From: Mobula hypostoma
Taxonomy: Eukaryota
DNA: 64,000 nucleotides
NCBI RefSeq assembly: GCF_963921235.1
Contig: NC_086121.1
Coordinates: 26,784,001 to 26,848,000, forward strand
Reading direction: 5' to 3'
Every line of letters begins with the position of its first letter. Position 1 is the first letter of the stretch. Shown piece by piece: positions 1-11,056 of the stretch. The notes below the pieces were generated by a model, which saw nothing but the letters and a program-made list of their open reading frames with translations, did no database searches and had not been told where the DNA came from. Both the position numbers and the translations under genes were made by a program.

Positions 1-780
1 AAGGTCAGACACAGAAATATTTGCTGATGAAGGCACAATATACAATTCTATTTGCTGATGTGTGCAAATGAAGTAGCACACTCCTGCATGCAGGTCAGTC
101 GTAGACAATATCCAAGCACAGGCCGATAAGGGACACATGACACTTGATCCACAAAAGAGACTCTAACTGCTCACCTGGCAAGACCGTCAGTGTGGCCATC
201 ACTGGCAGCAATTCACTATTAGCTCATGGAAGGGTAGTAACACCCCGAGGGTCACCTAAACTCAGATGTATGGGCCACAGAAATATCAGGAATAGGTCAA
301 AGGTTGGGCATCCTGCTGTGAGTGGCTCATCTCCAGAGCCTTCCCACCATCTAAAAAGGCTCAAGTGTGATAGAACTCGCCACCTGCCTCGATAGGTGAA
401 CCACCAACAAACTCAAGCCTGGCACCAGACGGTACAAACTCGACTCTCGCCCCTAAACATTCATTCCTTCTGACACCAATGTTTACAGCGAGTTCTATGA
501 AATCTTCTCCACGAACCTAGGCTACTTACTCAGTACAGCCCATAGCTGTGTTCTCAAGAAGGGCGGCAGGTACATGGGGAGCACCACTACCTGCATGTTC
601 TGCAATTCATACAGTGGTTTCTCCATTATTGGAGAGTCCAAGTACAGGGACTCTCTACTCAACAGCACCAAGCAGTACCTTTAACAGAAAGACTACAAAG
701 GCGGCTTCACCTCTTACTTTATCAAGGGCAACCAGGGACAGATAATGAATGTTCTCATTACCAGAGACACACACAACTTG
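1..780 (+). mobile_element. Ancient degenerate non-LTR retrotransposon (CR1/L2-group) 3' remnant
   Basis: Decayed motifs resembling an old shark/ray LINE 3' region (cttcccaccatctaaaaaggctcaag...aaacattcattcc...caagggcaaccagggacagataatgaatg); no intact ORF. A related remnant lies at ~15860-16750. Confidence 0.4.
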
Positions 781-959
781 AAACTCAGATTTTAAAATCC
801 ATCGCATAGTGGAGGCACAGCGATGAACTGCATGTACCTCCTCTCCAATTCAACATTTAGGTTCATACCACCTGGTGATTACTGCAGTGGAAACCCCCTG
901 AATAGATTTTCAGTGTGGAGGGGTGCTGAAATGGTGGACTGATCAAGCACGAACAAATT

Positions 960-1292
960 GGGATATAAACACCTACAATGGTTGGTATATAGGGTTGTAT
1001 GCAACATTTTGGACCAGTGGAAATGGTCCAGAAGGGTTGTATGGAAACTATTATTACCATTTTTCTTAACAACTAATTTCATTACTTAGCCTAATAGGTT
1101 AGATTTACCACAGTACATAATTATCTATTTAAATGTTTATTTTGCTTTTATATCATCTCAATGTGTACTTAAGAATGTATAAATAATTGTAGTTTTTTAC
1201 ATATAAAAAAATGGAAAAGGTTATATGTGTGAAAAAAGTACATGATAATTGTGAACTCCTTATCCAAATAAAAATAAAATTAAAAAAAAAGA
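960..1292 (+). mobile_element. L1/Tx1-like LINE 3' end with poly(A) tail
   Basis: AT-rich 3' UTR ending aataaaaataaaattaaaaaaaaaga. Confidence 0.35.
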
Positions 1293-1671
1293 AATTAGAA
1301 ACAGGAATAGACTGCTCAACCTCTCAAACCTGTCCCACCACTCAAAAAGATCTTGCCCCAGGGCTACAACCTTCCTGTACTAGCGCCCATGATATTATTG
1401 TGCCAATTAGGAGCCAATATTGCAATAAGACAAGAGGCAAATGACAGCGGTAAAACAAGGCAATGTCCAAGAGGACCAGGCATGAGCAAATTCCAACACC
1501 TGATGTTTTTAAAACAGGCAATAACGATGCTGACCATTGAATCAACCAGACATTCAAAACTGACACAAAAATCAGGATGTGGAAGAAACAGTTAAACCTT
1601 CAGAATTGGGGAATTTGAACTGAAATCTTACTGATGCAGATTGTTGTGAATAGGAATTGAAAGAAACACCG

Positions 1672-2605
1672 TATTTAAGTTTGCCGATGACACCACTGTC
1701 ATTGGCCGAATCAAGGGAGGTGACAAATCAGCACGGAGGGAGGAGATTGAAAATCTGGCTGAGTGGTGTCACAACAACAACCTCTCACTCAATGTCAGCA
1801 AGATTAAGGAGATGATCATTGACTTCAGGAGGAAGAAACCAGAGCTCCATGAGCCAGGGGGAACTGAGGTGGAGAGGGTCAGCAACTTTCAGTTCTTCAG
1901 TGCAGAGGATCTGTCCAGGATCTGCCATTACAAAGGAAGCTCAGCAGTGTCTCTACCTTCTTACAAGTTTGCGACAGCTTGGTATGTCACCTAAAACTCT
2001 GACAAACTTTTACGGCTGAGTGGATGAGAGTACATTGACCGGTTGCATCATGGTCTGGTATGGAAATGCCAATGCCCTTGTACAGAAAAGCCTAAAACAG
2101 TAGTGGATATAGCCCAGTCCGTCAGAGGTAGTGCCTTCCCCACCATTAAGCACATCTGCATGGAGCGCTGTTGCAGGATAGTAGCATTGATCATCAAGAA
2201 CCCCTACCACCCAGGCCATGCACTCTTCTGAGGAAGGCAGGACCCACTCAGGAACCTCAGGACCCGCACCACCAGTTTCAGGATCAGTTATTATACCTCA
2301 ACCATCAGGCTCTTGAACCAGACGGGACAACTTCACTCACCCTATCACCGAACTAGATTTACTTTCAAGGACTTTTCATCTCATGTTCTCAATATTTATT
2401 TATTACTATTATTATTTCTTCTTTTCTCTTTTTGTATTTGCACATTTTGTTAGAGGCTTTTTTGCACATTGATTGTTAGGTGTGGTCTTTCAGTGATTCT
2501 ATGGTGCTTCTTGTATTTAATGTGATTGCCTGCAAGAAAATGAATCTCATGGTTGTATATGGTGACATACATGTATTTTGATAATAAATTTACTTTGAAC
2601 TTTGA
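1672..2605 (+). mobile_element. Rex1/Babar-type LINE, 5'-truncated and frameshifted
   Basis: Encodes KFADDTTVIGRI...LSLNVSKIKEMIIDFRRK...EVERVSNFQF (RT C-terminal part); tail aataaatttactttgaactttga. Confidence 0.8.
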
Positions 2606-3014
2606 AACAATGCACTCAGGTAAAGTTACTGAGGCAAATATAATGGGCCCAACCTCTGTCTGCCATTGTTAAATGGAGGATACAACAGACACTAGGAGAA
2701 GAGTAGATTGGTCTTAAGCCTGCTGAACATGCAAATAGAATGCCATGAGGTACAAAGGGGTTGGTGTACATGACATCACCTGCTTCTCACTGACAGATCT
2801 CTGTAAGAGCTCATTTATATTTGCCGAAAGCTATTCCCTGCTGCAAGTTCAGGCCAGTGAGTGACGTAGAGTTGCAATGGGATGGAGTTTACAGTAAAGT
2901 CTCCAGATCATCACCACTCCTAATTAATGTAATTAGTACTGTTCAAAGTCAGCCCCAGTTTGTGACCTTGGCAGAATCATCGTCTTGGTGTAAGAGGAGG
3001 CTATTCAGCTTATG

Positions 3015-3098
3015 AAGAGCAACACACAGAAAACGCTGGAGGAAATCAGTAGGTCAGGCAGCATCTACAAGCAGTTGACGTTTCAGGCTGAGACTCCT
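3015..3098 (-). mobile_element. Short Penelope-like (PLE) terminal-repeat insertion, truncated inside the hammerhead
   Basis: Matches the tail of the 4052-4762 element; flanked by the 8-bp direct repeat agcttatg (3007-3014 / 3099-3106). Confidence 0.7.
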
Positions 3099-3838
3099 AG
3101 CTTATGTGTTGTTTCCTCGTAAAGCGATCCATTCAACTCCATTCTGTCCCCCTGCATCTCGCGAGGTTTGTTAGCTTTCCTTCAGGTGGACAATTCACTG
3201 TTTAGTTATCTCCAGTGCACCACACAGCCTACCAGCTTCTCTCATGTTTCCTGGATGAAGCCGCTGTATGTTTCCTCCTTGCCCCAGTCCAGGTGCTAGG
3301 CTTTTCCAGACAGTTTTAGCAAGATTAAGACTGAGTGAACCATTACAACTGTGATGCATTTTTCTTCTCACTTATTTCCACAGGAAATCATGTTAACATT
3401 TCCCACAGCTTAGTTTAGGACCTCAGAGGGTACATTTTGATAGCTCATAGCCTCGCGAATGAGGCCATTCTTCCTATCTGCCCAGTGCTGCTATTGGCTA
3501 TTCAACCAGAGGCGGTAACACACACTCAGTTCTGGATAACAACATGAGAAATAGAAGCAGGAGCAGTCCATTAAGCTCTGTGAGCCTTCCTTGCCATTCA
3601 AAACAATCAAGGTAGATCATTTACCTCAACACTACCTCCTGTACTAACCCAATGTCAAGCAATCTTCTTATCAACTGTTGCTCACCTCCATGTAACATTA
3701 ATCCCAGTACATACTCAAAACAAGCCATAGGGTGTGGAGAAATGGTGTGGGAGTCATGATCCATTTGTGGACAGTACAATACCATAGACAGGCAGTATTT
3801 TGTCACCTAAGAAAGAAATTGTAAACCAGTAGATGACA

Positions 3839-3844
3839 CGCGCG

Positions 3845-3906
<62 letters not shown>
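3839..3906. repeat. (CG)7(CA)27 compound microsatellite
   Basis: Read directly from the sequence. Confidence 0.97.
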
Positions 3907-3907
<1 letters not shown>

Positions 3908-4051
3908 CCGTGATGCTGAGGGAACCAAGGAAGGAGTGGTTGCCACACTATGATTGGGAATTGGGAATGTACAAAGACTGAAGAGCAGAGAGGTCGGAAG
4001 GTGGCTGGGTGGGATTATGAACACCTTTTGGAACTGACTAGGAGCACAGCA

Positions 4052-4762
4052 AAGAGGAGAAACTCTGCAGATGCTGGAAATCCGAGCAACACACACAAAA
4101 CGCTGGAGGAACTCAGCAGGCCAGGCAGCGTCAATGGAAGAGTACAGTCGATGTTTCAGGCCAAAAGCCTTCGGCAGGACTGGAGAAAAAAAAGCTGAGG
4201 AGTAGATTTTGAAGGTGGGGGGAGGGGAGAGGAAAACACAAGGTCGTAGGTGAAACTTGAAAGGGGAGGGATGAAGTGTAGAGCTGGGAAGTTGATTGGT
4301 GAAAGAGACAGAAGATCATGGAGAGGGAGGTGATGGGCAGGCAAGGAGATAAGGTGAGAGAGGGAAAAGGGGATGGGAATGGCAAAGGAGAGGGAGGGTG
4401 GGGAGGTGGGGCATTACCGGAAGTTTGTGAAATCGATGTTCATGCCATCAGGTTGGAGGCAAATGGAATACAAATGCTGTTCCTCCAACCTGAGCGTGGC
4501 CTCATCACAACAGTGGAGGTGGCAACAGATGGACATATCGGAATGGAAATGGATAGTGGAATTAAAATGGATGGCAACTGGGAGATCCTGCTTTTACAGG
4601 CAGATGGAGCATAGGTGCTCGGCGAAGTGGTCTCCCAATCTACGTTGGGTCTCACCGCTATACAGAAGGCCACACCAGGACCAACAGACATAGTAGATGA
4701 CCCCAACAGACTCACGGTGTTGTCTCACCTTGAAGGAGTGTTTGGGGCTCTGAATAGTGGTA
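4052..4762 (-). mobile_element. Penelope-like retroelement 3' fragment: degenerate GIY-YIG endonuclease, 3' UTR and hammerhead-bearing terminal repeat
   Basis: Minus strand reads approximately PKHSFKVRQH.ESVGVIYYVCWSWCGLLYSGETQRRLGDHFAEHL...DLPVAIHFNS...DEATLRLEEQHL...QPDGMNIDFTNFR*, a PLE-type GIY-YIG domain. 9-bp TSD agcacagca (4043-4051 / 4763-4771). Confidence 0.88.
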
Positions 4763-5029
4763 AGCACAGCATTCTATTTCACGGATAGGTCATTAACTCC
4801 CAACCACCCAGCTGGGGGAGCTTTACTCTGCATCGCACCAGGCAGACGCTTCAGAGTTTCAAGGTCCTGTCTGGTGTAGACAATGTTGCTGATCCCACAC
4901 TCTCTCTGTCACAAGGACTTTTATACTCGCTGCATTGCCTAGTCTCCACCCCAACCTACCCGTATCTAGAAACATCCCACTGCCGGATTTGCAGGATGGA
5001 GCTGGGGAGGAGATGCAAGGTGTTGAAGC

Positions 5030-5322
5030 AAAGCAACCACACAATCAATCCTGGAGGAACTCAGCAAGTCAAGAAAGTTGACGTCTCAGTCAGAAGCCCT
5101 TCTTCAGGACTGGAAAGGAAGGGGGCAGAATCATTCTCACATCATCTCCACCCACCCACCTTCCCCTTCACCTGCCATCTTATACTCATTACACCAATTT
5201 CTTATTCTGGCTTCTACTCCTTCCTTTCCAGTCCTGATTAGGAGTTTCAGCCTGAAGCATCCCCACCCCTCCCCCCATAGATGCTGCCTGACCTGATGAG
5301 CTCCCTCAACATTTTGTGTGTG
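5030..5322. mobile_element. Inverted pair of PLE terminal repeats (MITE-like)
   Basis: Left arm ctggaggaactcagcaagtc...ccttcttcaggactggaaagg is the reverse complement of right arm cctttccagtcctgattagg...gatgctgcctgacctgatgagctccctcaacattttgtgtgtg. Confidence 0.7.
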
Positions 5323-5741
5323 ATAGGTAGCATGACATACAGAGACTGGGGCATGACTAAGGAGACTGAGAGGTGGGTGGGGTCAAATGTCAGATGCAGG
5401 TGAGAGACAAAGGAGGAGGAATCAGGACTCAGTGATAAACACCAGGAGGTCCGCAGATGCTGGAGATCCAAAGCAACACGCATAAAATGCTGGAGGAGCT
5501 CAGCAGCTCGGGCAGAACCTGTGGAAAAAAGTAAACAGCCGATGGTTCGGGTCCAGACGGGATTGGGGGGAAGATGCCAGAATAAAAAGATGGAGAGAGG
5601 GGAAGGAATCTGACGAAGGTAATAGGCAGTCTCCCACCCTGCAAAAATTCATTTCAGGGAGGTCTCAACCTCATTTCAGGGAGGTCTGAACCTGATAGCA
5701 GTCTGTGTCAATGAATTTGTTAATTTTGCAAGACATCAGAT

Positions 5742-6047
5742 TCACAAGTGTTTTGCGAGACAGCTGACTTTGGAATTCTTTCTTAATGTGCCACGTACAA
5801 TAGCTGCTGTCTTGGTTGATGAGCAGGCATAGTTTTTTGCTATTTCTGAATCAGGAAACATTTTCCTGAATAGCTTGCCTGTGTGTTTACACACCTGGAA
5901 TGGCAGGTTATGCTCAACGATGAAAGATGTAAAGTACACCTCAGCTCTAGTGACCTTCTCTGTCAGACTTTGGTTTTCTGCTGAAAAGAACTGTGAAATA
6001 CTTGAGTAGCCCTCCCTGCGCTTAGCCTCCCTAATATGTTGTGGACC
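5742..6047 (-). pseudogene. hAT-like transposase exon remnant
   Basis: After acceptor ttatttctcttag it reads GPQHIREAKRREGYSSISQFFSAENQSLTEKVTRAEVYFTSFIVEHNLPFQVCKHTGKLFRKMFPDSEIAKNYACSSTKTAAIV. The EHNLPF...FPDS.IAK...C..TK motif is typical of hAT-related transposase N-terminal regions. Confidence 0.7.
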
Positions 6048-6244
6048 CTAAGAGAAATAAAAGCATAAGGTGTACCCTTATTACAGGTGTGCATCGCTTA
6101 ACGTCCATTCGGACAACGTCCGATTGCATATACATCCGTAGTCACACACACACACATTGCCTGCAATAGTCGGGATCAGAACTTACTTTTTTTTAACGTC
6201 GAAATAGGGGATTTTAAATGAGTGATTTAGAAGTTCTGCATCTT

Positions 6245-6450
6245 CAAGTTCAAGTTTATTGTCATCTGGCTGATTGTCCACAAACGAAACCACCTCTGTC
6301 CGGACCACGGTGTAGCCACAATACATATATCACGCACACCACATAAAGCAATATATTACCATTTATTTAATAAAGTGTAATTCAAAATGCATACAAAGTG
6401 CGCAGCACAGGTAAACAGTTCGCTGTCCTAATGACGAGACCTCGGTGGGG
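6245..6450 (-). mobile_element. Rex1-type LINE 3' tail nested in the hAT element
   Basis: Begins tcaagttcaagtttattgtcat, the reverse complement of an aataaacttgaacttga tail. A similar copy is at 43160-43410. Confidence 0.55.
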
Positions 6451-8450
6451 GCCGGGTATTTCTTCAAATCGGTTTTTCTTCTGAAAACGGCTGCGCTTAA
6501 ACCCAGCCCATCACGGGCTTCGATGTACCTGTAAGTGGAAGTGTTTCAGGAAAAAAACCCCGAAGAATTTGCTTGCTGCGAGTATGTTTTTAAAGATGTC
6601 TTAGCGAACGATTTTGGAATTTCGCTCCAATTTAAACCCCGCTCTAATCCCCTTTAAGACGCCAACGCACCCCGCCCTTATAGGACAGCCTCCCGTAGTC
6701 AGGTTGTCACCGTCAGCCTTGGGAATTTCTTGGGCTTTTGATCATTACCGACAGTTGTCTGGATGATTTTAGCGTCATTACAGACGGCAGTAACTGACCT
6801 GATGGAATACGGAAGAGAGAGAGGTGGACTGTAAAGCCCACCCACAGAGAAAACTGAGAGAGACACAAAGAGATTAAGCAGGATCCATTCATTTTCTTTC
6901 TTTCTTTTTTTTTCCTTCTCCCTCTCTAAAAAAATCGATTTCTGGGATATTACATATGATTTGCAGGCATCAGGGATCTGCTATCGATATGCGGGAGACT
7001 CCCGGAACTCCCGGGAGAGGTGGGATGTCTGGTAATAGGTGGAGCTAGGTGGGTGGGAAGGGCCAAGGGTGGGAGAGGAGAAGGAATCTGAAAGGAGAGG
7101 AGAGTGGACCATAGGAGAAAGAGGAGGAGAAGCACCAGGGGAGGTAATAGGTAGGTGAGAAGAGGTGAAAGGTCAGAGCGGGGAATAGGGGAAGAGGGGA
7201 GGGAAGGGGAAATATTTTTTAACCGGAAGGAGAAATTGATGTTGATGAGGTAGGAGGACTGAGTGATATCTTAGCCGGTTGAAGAGCAGTCAATGTGTGT
7301 GATCAGTACTTGGGGAGAGGGGATGGGCGGGTGTAGGTTTTGCTACAGTGGGTGCAAAGGAAAGCAGTACCCACCCAGCCTGGTTTTCTGATACAGGCTG
7401 GGACCTGTTCGACAATGCCAATATAGAAATGCACCAGACAGAGCCAAGAGCACCATGAAAACTGAGCAGGGCTGAATGCTACAGACTACTAACTCATGGG
7501 GACCTGCGATTTCAATGAAGAAAGCATCTGATCCCCATGAGCATAAAATGCACCGACTGAACCTTCAGATTGGTGTGATTTAACCCAGGCACCTCAGCAA
7601 TCACATTCCATTAAAAAAAATGGTCCGTATGGAGGGCGGCAGTAAGTCCAAGTGCTCTGCTTGAAATTGCAAACCATTTTTTTTTAAAAAAAAGCAAGTT
7701 CTTTCGTGGGATGTGGAAGCCACTGCCAGCATCTAACTCCGCTCTGCCATCTGTCAGTGACGACATCTTGAACTGTTGCAGTCTGTGTTGTATTTGGAAA
7801 TTCTAAACAAACCCTTTCAACAGCTTCAGCTTATAAAAAAAAAACCTTTGAAAACAATTACTGGGATCTGAATAGTTGTTGACCATGTTTGAAAATAATT
7901 GGCTGGTGCTGACATTTGGACACATCACAGCAGCTGTGTTGCTTCAGAAGCTGCTATGCTCTCTTCTCAAGCTTTGCAGACAACTGCTGAATGCTTCAAG
8001 ACATTTACTGTTAAGACTAGTACACCATTCTGGCTACAGGTAATCATTCTTTAATTCTTTATTCCTACTGATTCTGAAGAAATTACATGTTAACATTGGG
8101 ATTAATAAATCTTACTCTTTGCTTCCTAAATTTGCATACACTTCGCCTTCATATCTCTGGAAATCCTTGAAGTGATTAGCTCTTACTCGATGCAAGGCTG
8201 TGGCTCATCATGTGGTCTGCTTTTCTGGTTTTCTTAGCAGATTCAGCCCACTACAGATAACCAGATAATTCTCAGATATAGAAAGGGCCGCTCTTCTCCT
8301 TTTACTGGAACCTTTCCTAGTCTTCCTGGCTTCCTGCTCCAACTCCAGGCCAAATCACAGATCTGTATGCAGATTTCCCCAGGTCACTGAGCAAACTTAT
8401 AATTTCTCCCTGAAATACTTCTCATTCTACTTAGAAGCAGAGACCAACAT

Positions 8451-8529
8451 CAGCGGTCCCAATCTTTTTTATCCCACGGACCAATATCATTAAGCAAGGG
8501 TTCCTTGGCCCCCAGGCCGGGAACCCATG
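8451..8529. mobile_element. Short hAT/Charlie-like MITE
   Basis: Degenerate TIRs cagcggtcccaa / cgggaacccatg; no matching TSD. Confidence 0.5.
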
Positions 8530-10997
8530 CTCTACGTGAAAAGACGTGCATCACTTGGAAAATGAAGATTAATGCTGGCACAAGAAAACAGTAGGTAACA
8601 ATACCTAATGCAGCACAGAGGAATGCTGGAAATGACTGAAAGCAAGAACTTTGTGATGTGCTTCCACGAGCTTCAAAGCTTTGGCACTTTCAGACAGTCA
8701 GTAGAATTTGTCTTAGAATCTCTGCCTAAGGAACACTGCCCGTGACTCCTTTAGAACACGTTCGGGGACTTCATTCCATTATGTGAATAATTTTCCCCTT
8801 CTAATATGACATTAATCTCCCTATCTTTTTAAACGTTTACCTTCTTTGCCAATTTTACTCACTTAAGCCAAAAGCAAACTGTATTCAGGAGATGAAACAG
8901 GTTGAGAGCACAGTACGGCAGAGTGAATAGGAACAAAGACAATGAGCCACAGACACAAAGTTCCTCACTGCAAATGTGGCAGAGATGGATTACGTGGCAT
9001 TCAGAGTGCCAAGATTGTTGGAAAGGCAGTCTCACAAAAGGCAAGGGGATTGGACATGCCCATCGCTGGATGAATATGGACAAGGGCCTCGTCAAAGACA
9101 GGGAGCAGCTCCACCATTGAACAGCTTACTGACTTTTAGCTCAAGAGAGTGGCACTGGGACTTGTGCCTCAATAATCTTCAGGAGAAAACATGGATGAAA
9201 GTACCTCAGGAATAAATGTATCTAATTTTCCATCCAGAGTCTTTGGAGTGGCATTGTTCCCTTTGCTAAATAATATGAAACTGGCAAATGAGAAATTGAA
9301 TGACAATCAGCTGTAATCTGCCACTTATTACTGTAATACTGACTTTATGTTGTATAGAAAGTTTACCACCTCATATAAATAATGAATCATGAACCAGGCA
9401 TTTTAAGAGATGGATAGACACGTACCAGTCAGTAATCAAATACAGCAATTCTGATGTTGTGATACAGTCTGGCATCTCTCACTAAAAAGTTAATATTTCT
9501 AGAAAGTACAGGACTTATTTTTCTGCAGTGGGCTTATTTTGGCCTCCTGGTGTGATGTGTGGTAAAAGTACGAGCAAAGCAATTTGTTCCACCAGGTGAC
9601 GTGTAGGAATTGGTGTCCATTTTCAAGCCCTTCCAAACCAAATTGGTGAGACAGAGAAAACAGAACTTCTGCTTCCCCACTGTGGAATGGCCATGTGCCG
9701 CTGGAAGAACACAATATTCCATGCAGAAAGTCAAACATTGAAATGCTCTGGATTGGCTACAGCTCAGCTTGTCTTCAATTACTTTACTGGAGAAATAAGA
9801 GCAGAATATATTGCCCACCACAGTTTGCCTCTGAACGGGGTAACTGTCAAGATCACTTCAGAGGGCAATTAAACACCATGTTGGGGGAAACATTTTAACC
9901 AATTGAGACATAGCCAGTAAATTCCTTTCTTTGAAAAGGACAGAATGAACCACATGCTTTTTTAAAACAATCAATATTATCACGATCACTATTTCTGGCA
10001 CTATTAAATTTCACATTTGGAGTGAGGCAGTCTGAATATATCCTAGGCTAGGCCCTAAATTACAGGCCTAGTACCTAAATACTACAGACCCCTTCACTAT
10101 ACTTATACTTTATTGTCGCCAAACAATTGATACTAGAACTTACAATCATCACAGCCATATTTGATTCTGTGCTTTTCGCTCCCTGGATTACAAATACTAA
10201 ATCCACTAGGCTGCATAGTTTACAAAATGGGAGCTATTTTCTGCTGTGACATCTGATCCACAGGCGCACCACCTTGGCTATCCAAGACCAAGTCATTGGA
10301 ATCACCTTCTTCAGCAATGAAGCTCTCTGAATCTGGAAGCAAGCCCGCTAACACTGATTATTTAGCCCTAAATCTAAACAGATATGATAAACCAAGAGGT
10401 ATCGCTGATCTTGCTTTAAGCTTTATTGCCTTTAAATTATACTGATCCAGATGGTGTCCGCACATGGTGAGGAACTTCTCGAAAAATTGAAAATCAAGAT
10501 CAGCTTAATCCACAAGAGGCTGGGAAGCTGGGATTGACTGCTTGATCAAGAGGCCTACCAGTTGTGATTAACCCTCCACCCCAGTTGTCTATACTGGAAG
10601 CCAAAGTCTGAATATTAAACAAAAAGATTATCCTAAAAAGTTAGCAAGATTTTAAGCATAGTTTCCATTCAGGTGGATAGATTTTAGGTTGCTATACCAG
10701 CTTCCAATGTTGACCTTTCAAACTGCTGGGTAATTGTAGGGAAACAGGTACATGGAAAGTGACCAATAACTGCACACCTTATCTAATTTCTTGGCCCTAA
10801 TCTCTCCAAGTCCTTCCAAGACTGCACCAGCAGCAACTAGGTTTAATGGATTCAAGTAAATGTGAAAATATTTTCTCTAACTTTAAACAGAGATTTATAT
10901 TACCAAGGGGGCCACAGTCTGTCCCCTGTTTGTCCCAAACTCTCACCCCATTGCCATTTGCAAGGCTGTGGCAAAAGAGTGTGGGTTTGCTCTAGGA

Positions 10998-11056
10998 TGG
11001 GGATTCTCAACCTGTTAATGGCAAGGATTCATGGCATTAAAGGTTGGGAACCCCTG
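10998..11056. mobile_element. 59-bp hAT/Charlie-like MITE
   Basis: TIRs tggggattctcaacct / aggttgggaacccctg. 8-bp TSD ctcta[g/t]ga (10990-10997 / 11057-11064) resembles the Charlie NTCTAGAN target preference. Confidence 0.7.

Larger units (their letters stand above)
5627..7031 (-). mobile_element. Internally deleted hAT-superfamily DNA transposon
   Basis: Perfect 8-bp TSD gtaatagg (5619-5626 / 7032-7039). Imperfect TIRs cagtctcccacc / ggtgggatgtctg. Contains a transposase remnant. Confidence 0.88.
5438..7254 (-). mobile_element. PLE 3' fragment split by a hAT transposon
   Basis: PLE tail at 5438-5626 resumes at 7040-7254 with the purine-rich 3' UTR and the ORF end. 14-bp TSD aggact[c/g]agtgata (5424-5437 / 7255-7268). 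Confidence 0.78.

Noticed and set aside
3754-4096. CV-repeat and HT-repeat ORFs (also 56474-56876, and ER repeats at ~45000-45370)
   Set aside because: Translations of dinucleotide microsatellites.
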